The notes below the pieces were generated by a model, which searched no databases, was not told the origin of the DNA, and saw only the letters and a program-made list of their open reading frames with translations. The position numbers and the translations under genes are program-made. A DNA stretch of 63,864 nt, counting the filler, from an uncultured Candidatus Sumerlaeota bacterium (GTDB taxonomy: Bacteria > CAYMEV01): assembly GCA_964389675.1 (NCBI GenBank). It is 3 parts of 3 records of this genome, joined end to end, with 100 filler letters (N's around TTAATTAATTAA, not from the genome) between each part and the next. Parts side by side here need not be neighbours in the genome. Positions count along the whole stretch, not along the records: positions 30,667 to 61,168 come from CAYMEV010000033.1; positions 61,269 to 63,864 come from CAYMEV010000056.1; 1 more part is not named here. One strand, given 5' to 3'. This document shows, in pieces, positions 59,046-63,864 of this stretch (position 1 is its first letter; the number at the start of each line of letters is the position of its first letter).

Positions 59046-61037
59046 TTATTTGCCTCCCCGCTTAACTTGCTTTGAACCACCAAAATCCTGCAGCGTCTTT
59101 ATTTCCTTGTATTCATTGCCGTATATATCCAGATAAATAATCATGATTTGCTTCTTAAGATGTTCCAAAGACAATAATACTTTCCAGCCGTTTTTCTCAA
59201 TCTCGCTGGCGTAAAAGGATTTATCAAGATTGAATATTTCACCATCATAATCGAAATCCACCATAATCATGGAAAGTGATTCCCGATTTTCTAATTGACT
59301 TGCGCCTTTCAGCATGGCTTCACTTTTAAATGTTTTAATTTTAATAATCGCATATTCAAGCAGTTGATCTTTGGGCTCTTCAATTGAATAGGAACATTCC
59401 ACTTTAGGCTGGCGGATAAAATCAAAACCGACTGCATCCACAGTATCATTGACCTGACTTTCATCAATAGGTTGTTTGATGGCTTCGAAATCTTTGCTGT
59501 GCAGTTCATTGATAATTGAGTAGGGAATGCGAAGAATATAATAACGCACAGCCCCTTTATCGATATAATCTTCCAGAAAGGTCACGCTGGCGGCAGGGGC
59601 AATAATAAAAAACTGGCTGCCGATTTTAGAACCGATCATTGAATGCAGGTCGAAGATAAAACCGTAATCCAGCACCACACCGCCCTCTTTCTGATAGTCA
59701 AAAACCAGAACGTCAGAACGGCCTTTGTAGCCATCCAGTTCGAGACCTGAAACCCTGTGCTTGTCATCCCGACAATTGAACAGAAACAGAGCAAACTTGC
59801 GCCATTCTGGCCAGGGTAATTTTTTCAGTTTGGAAAAATCATACAAACCTGCATGATAGAGCGTGAAAGGTTTCGGTTTTAATTCTTTACCCTTGTTGCC
59901 AATATCGCTTTTCAGATTGAGCAGGCGTTTCTGCATGGTATAAATGGCCAGTTTGCCGCAATCGATGCCGATCCAGCGACGACCTAATTTTTCGGCTACG
60001 GCTAATGTGGTGCCAGAGCCGGCGAAGGCGTCTAATACTATATCGCTCTGTGTTGTTCCTGCGCGTATTAGGTGAAATAATAAAGATTCGGGTTTTTCAG
60101 TTGGATATTTATTATATGTTGAAAATTTTACTATTTCATTGTTCCACACATCCCCTATTGCCACAAATTCTGCTTCAGGTGAAGTAATCTCTTTTAGTAT
60201 CTGATCTCTAGTTTTAGATAAATCTCTTGAAACATATGTTTTTAATGATACACCTGCTTCTAATTCCCATTCGGCTGGTTTTCTTCCCATCCTTCCTCTT
60301 GTGTAATACCAACCCTTATCATCACATTCTATTCTGGCCACTGTTGATTTTTTATATGGTCCCAAAATTTGTTTCCAAAACCTTCTTGTTTTACTCTTCG
60401 AGTAAATAAGCAGGTTTTGATATTCAGTAGGAATACTTGATCCTATTCCATGTGATCTTGAACTTCCACCTTCTCGCCCTTTATGCCATATTATTTCATT
60501 TATAAAATTATGTTCGCCAAAAATATCATCCAAAATTACTTTTGAATAATGTATTTTCCTTATGTCTAAATGAAAAATTATATTCCCTTCATCAGCAAGC
60601 AATTCTCTTAAAAAAATCAGTCTCTTTCTTAAAAACTCTACAAACTTTGCTCCTGCAATTTTATCTTGATAAGCCTTCTGATCCTGACTCCCTCTAAATT
60701 CCTGTTTAGTCGCAAACGGCGGATCGATATAGATCAGTTTCACCTGTCCTTTTACTTCAGGGTCGTCCAGCAAAGATTTCATCACCTGCAAGTTATCGCC
60801 GAAAATCAGTTTATTCGTCCAGTCGTTGCCGTTACCACCAAAGGTTTTAATCGGCTGTAGGGGCACGGCCATGGTATCGGCCAAAATATCTTCTTCCCGC
60901 TCCTTTCCCGCATAAACCAGTTCATATTCCTTTTTTTCAGGTGGAAATAAAATATGCTTATAATCCAAAGGCAGGTCTTCGCCTTTTTTCAGTAATTCAA
61001 TAATTCTTTCTTTATCTCGTTCGTTCAAAGTCGCCAC
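59046..61037 (-). CDS. mod: Type III R-M DNA methyltransferase (Mod, beta class)
   Basis: IYIDPPF (motif IV) precedes YPTEKPE and DAFAGSGTT (motif I); GTG start with AAGGAG RBS. Confidence 0.9.
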   Translation of the reverse strand: MATLNERDKERIIELLKKGEDLPLDYKHILFPPEKKEYELVYAGKEREEDILADTMAVPLQPIKTFGGNGNDWTNKLIFGDNLQVMKSLLDDPEVKGQVKLIYIDPPFATKQEFRGSQDQKAYQDKIAGAKFVEFLRKRLIFLRELLADEGNIIFHLDIRKIHYSKVILDDIFGEHNFINEIIWHKGREGGSSRSHGIGSSIPTEYQNLLIYSKSKTRRFWKQILGPYKKSTVARIECDDKGWYYTRGRMGRKPAEWELEAGVSLKTYVSRDLSKTRDQILKEITSPEAEFVAIGDVWNNEIVKFSTYNKYPTEKPESLLFHLIRAGTTQSDIVLDAFAGSGTTLAVAEKLGRRWIGIDCGKLAIYTMQKRLLNLKSDIGNKGKELKPKPFTLYHAGLYDFSKLKKLPWPEWRKFALFLFNCRDDKHRVSGLELDGYKGRSDVLVFDYQKEGGVVLDYGFIFDLHSMIGSKIGSQFFIIAPAASVTFLEDYIDKGAVRYYILRIPYSIINELHSKDFEAIKQPIDESQVNDTVDAVGFDFIRQPKVECSYSIEEPKDQLLEYAIIKIKTFKSEAMLKGASQLENRESLSMIMVDFDYDGEIFNLDKSFYASEIEKNGWKVLLSLEHLKKQIMIIYLDIYGNEYKEIKTLQDFGGSKQVKRGGK

Positions 61038-61054
61038 AGACTATCTCCTTTAAA

Positions 61055-61168
61055 TCATTTTGTTGCTTCAATTTCATATTCTTCAATCAAACCATCGTCA
61101 GCAAAACTAAAATACGAATTTTCTCCGATGATTACATGGTCAAAAATCCGCAGTTCCATTGCCAGAGC
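61055..61168 (-). CDS. radC: RadC/JAB-domain protein, C-terminal fragment (absent from the ORF track)
   Basis: ALAMELRIFDHVIIGENSYFSFADDGLIEEYEIEATK*; DHVIIG...YFSF signature. Confidence 0.85.
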   Translation of the reverse strand, partial: ALAMELRIFDHVIIGENSYFSFADDGLIEEYEIEATK

Positions 61169-61268
61169 NNNNNNNNNNNNNNNNNNNNNNNNNNNNNNNN
61201 NNNNNNNNNNNNTTAATTAATTAANNNNNNNNNNNNNNNNNNNNNNNNNNNNNNNNNNNNNNNNNNNN
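61169..61268. other. Artificial contig junction
   Basis: N44-TTAATTAATTAA-N44 linker. Confidence 0.95.
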
Positions 61269-61270
61269 CA

Positions 61271-62971
61271 AACCTTCTCATCTTTGCAGGTATAAGCACT
61301 GCAGTATTTATCCTCTTTAAGCTGTTCAAATATAAAAAAACTGACAGATACCCCTTTTTCTACAGCTATTTCATAATACTTTTTAATATTTCAGTACTGA
61401 TAACTGATCATATAAGACTCAGCCTTGAGAACAAACTCAGTCTCTACAGCTATATCTACAACCCTGTATTTTTGTTTATATCCTTTTTATCCATATTATT
61501 TATATCAATAGTCCTTTATTTTGCCTTAAAATGGCTGTCAAGGCCTGTTCCAGCATTATACAGGCTGATTGCCCTGATAATATGCGCTGTTTTACTGCTT
61601 TTCTCCCTGTCAAAAAATGCAGTATTCTCCATCGATACAACAGAAATAACTGCTAAACAGGATTATGAAATATCAGAATCCGGTATAAAGGTCATTTTCC
61701 TGGGTATTGACAGTATCAACCCTGATGTTATAGACCCGCTGTTCCGGCAGGGAAAGCTTCCCAACCTGAAATTCCTTCATGAGAACGGCTCTTCCTTTCT
61801 GCTTGAGACTCTTGAACCCGGCAAATCACCCATTATATGGAACAGCATCTATACTTCCACAGAACCTTCAGAGCATGGCATAAAGGGTTTCAGGATGTTC
61901 AAAATGCCTTTTTTCAAGGCCTTTGACGATGACGTACAGTTCCCTCCCCTGACAATACAGCGCTATATTGCAAGGATCATAGACAGGCTTAATATAATTG
62001 AATCCAGGCCATACCATTCAATCCACAGAAAAAGAAAGGCAATATGGGACATACTCCAGGAAAAGGGCAAAACTTCATCTGTAATCAGCGGCTGGACTCT
62101 CTATCCTGCCTATGAGATCATGGGGAATATGATCTCTGCTGAATACTCCTATCCGGATAAAAGAAAAAGGATCAAAAGCATTTCGCTATACCCCCCTGAA
62201 CTGGATGCTTCACTGAATGAGTTTATAATAAAACCGCAGGATATTAGTTTTAAGGATCTCTCATACTACATAAATGCAACAGAAGCCGAATACCAGAAAC
62301 TGCTCCAGGATAGCTGGACAGCAAGAAATATTTTCATATTGAAAAAGGCCATAGCCATGGACAGGACATTTTTTAATATTGCCCTGTCTATATGGCAGAA
62401 AGATAATTATGATTTCAGGGAGCTTTATATCAGGCAGACAGACACACTGTCTCATGCATTCTGGAACCATTATCACAGTGAAGAATACCCCGATAATGAA
62501 CCAGACAGGGTCAGCATATTCAAGGATACCATACCCTCATCATATGAAAAGGCTGATGAATATATTGGCTATATAATCGAAAATTTCCTTGATGAAAATA
62601 CAGTCCTTATGGTTGCTTCCGACCATGGAATGCTCTCAACAGGACGCCTTAAAAAACCCGGTGATCACATATACGGCAAGCCTGAAGGGCTGCTGTACAT
62701 CTACAATCCCGGCATAATAAAAGCAGATGATACATTAAGAAAGGCATCCATATACGATATTGCACCAACTATTCTCTATCTCTACGGATTTCCCCATGCA
62801 GGAGATTTTAAGGGAAGAATACTTATTGAGGCATTCAAGCCTGAATTTCTGGAAAAATTTCCGTTAAAGACGATCAGTTCCTACGGTTCGATTGATATAG
62901 AACTTCCGGCTTCCTATGATGAACAGGATGATAAGACTCTGAATCATATCAAAGCACTCGGGTATATATAG
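61271..62971 (+). CDS. Membrane-anchored alkaline phosphatase/phosphodiesterase-superfamily protein, 5' truncated
   Basis: Frame open from the contig edge with several TMs; IFLGIDS, SPIIW, DTLSH, ASDHG, DIAPTILYL, KALGYI. Confidence 0.85.
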   Translation, partial: NLLIFAGISTAVFILFKLFKYKKTDRYPFFYSYFIILFNISVLITDHIRLSLENKLSLYSYIYNPVFLFISFLSILFISIVLYFALKWLSRPVPALYRLIALIICAVLLLFSLSKNAVFSIDTTEITAKQDYEISESGIKVIFLGIDSINPDVIDPLFRQGKLPNLKFLHENGSSFLLETLEPGKSPIIWNSIYTSTEPSEHGIKGFRMFKMPFFKAFDDDVQFPPLTIQRYIARIIDRLNIIESRPYHSIHRKRKAIWDILQEKGKTSSVISGWTLYPAYEIMGNMISAEYSYPDKRKRIKSISLYPPELDASLNEFIIKPQDISFKDLSYYINATEAEYQKLLQDSWTARNIFILKKAIAMDRTFFNIALSIWQKDNYDFRELYIRQTDTLSHAFWNHYHSEEYPDNEPDRVSIFKDTIPSSYEKADEYIGYIIENFLDENTVLMVASDHGMLSTGRLKKPGDHIYGKPEGLLYIYNPGIIKADDTLRKASIYDIAPTILYLYGFPHAGDFKGRILIEAFKPEFLEKFPLKTISSYGSIDIELPASYDEQDDKTLNHIKALGYI

Positions 62972-63289
62972 GGCTGATCGTTAATATGCCATTCCACATT
63001 GAATAATAATTTATGTGGAATAAAAAATCAGGGTCTCATATAAGGATTTCTAAAGATAAATCAATATATTTATCCTAAAATAGTCTTTAGAAATGATTCC
63101 AAATTATGCTTTTGTAGAAGCAAAATTTATCAAGCTTACTAGCATGGTAATACAAAAAACCTCTAAATTGCTAAGAAAGTGACATTTCTATTTTGTTTTG
63201 ACAACATTCAAAAATACTCTTGACAATATACAATTTGGTATGTTAACATAATATATTGGAGTTTTATTAAATTAGTGAGGTACTATAAA

Positions 63290-63815
63290 ATGCTTAAATC
63301 CAAACAAATCCAAACAAATCCAAACAATAATCCTGCTACTGGCACTTTTTCTATCCTTTACTATTTATGCTCAAGATTATAATATTCATTATCTTATTAC
63401 AGAAGAAAAGCAAAGCGAACAAGAAATATCGCAAGAGATAAAAGATATCTACTCACCATTCCTTCAAATTAGAGCCGTTGAGATAAATCCCTCGCTGACA
63501 ACAGAATCGAAACTAAAAGAAGGCAATAAAATAATTATTAACCTAACAGAAGACAAGCACTACAAAGCCACAGTAACAAAAATAAATAAAACAAAATATA
63601 ATTCTTATGTTATAAAAGCAAAAGTAGATGATTCCATTTATAGCAGATTAATACTATCAACGAATAATGGTCAAAGTATAGGGATCTTTGAGATTATTAA
63701 TAATGATTTTGAAGTCTATTTTATTAATACTGCACCATCTAACAACAAAACATACATAATCCAGTATGATGTATCTGAGAATAATAACGGAATTTACGCT
63801 CCAATTAACACCTAA
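63290..63815 (+). pseudogene. Exported protein gene frameshifted by a 10-bp tandem repeat
   Basis: GAGG RBS and ATG at 63290; with two copies of AAATCCAAAC instead of three it reads MLKSKQIQTIILLLALFLSFTIYAQ..., 171 aa. Confidence 0.7.
63296..63325 (+). repeat. (AAATCCAAAC)x3 tandem repeat
   Basis: Three perfect 10-bp units starting 3 nt after the start codon. Confidence 0.95.
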
Positions 63816-63864
63816 AAATCTCTTATAAAACATTTATACGATAAATCCGAGCAAAAATCAAGAA

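Noticed and set aside
59046-61037. Phase-variable mod (phasevarion)
   Set aside because: No simple-sequence repeat tract seen in mod, and the frame is intact

Overview
Bacterial window, AT-rich and diderm-looking (OmpA, ExbB/ExbD/TonB, SurA-like genes), apparently from a draft or MAG assembly. It is made of three artificially joined contigs (N44-TTAATTAATTAA-N44 linkers at 30567-30666 and 61169-61268) and has one 100-N scaffold gap. Contig 1 carries transport and metabolic genes (serA, MATE, putP, MgtC, Na/Pi cotransporter, topB, tRNA-Pro), a Pro-rich repeat protein and a 9-gene operon. That operon encodes an ECF transporter, MobB, three proteins with Cys-less sulfite-oxidase-fold domains (one fused to a nucleotide-pyrophosphatase-like domain) and a small kinase, which suggests an undescribed molybdopterin/tungstopterin salvage system. 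Contig 2 carries an archaeal-type valS, a TPR/PP2C/CheY/CheB/DUF4388 signalling cluster, exbB-exbD-exbD-tonB, a split opp/dpp ABC system, tRNA-Lys and a defence island (radC, type III R-M, HrgA-like, HEPN-like) whose last three genes are each followed by a degenerate attC-like hairpin. Contig 3 carries an alkaline-phosphatase-superfamily protein and an exported-protein gene frameshifted by a 10-bp tandem repeat. All calls come from reading motifs by eye; no database search was run.
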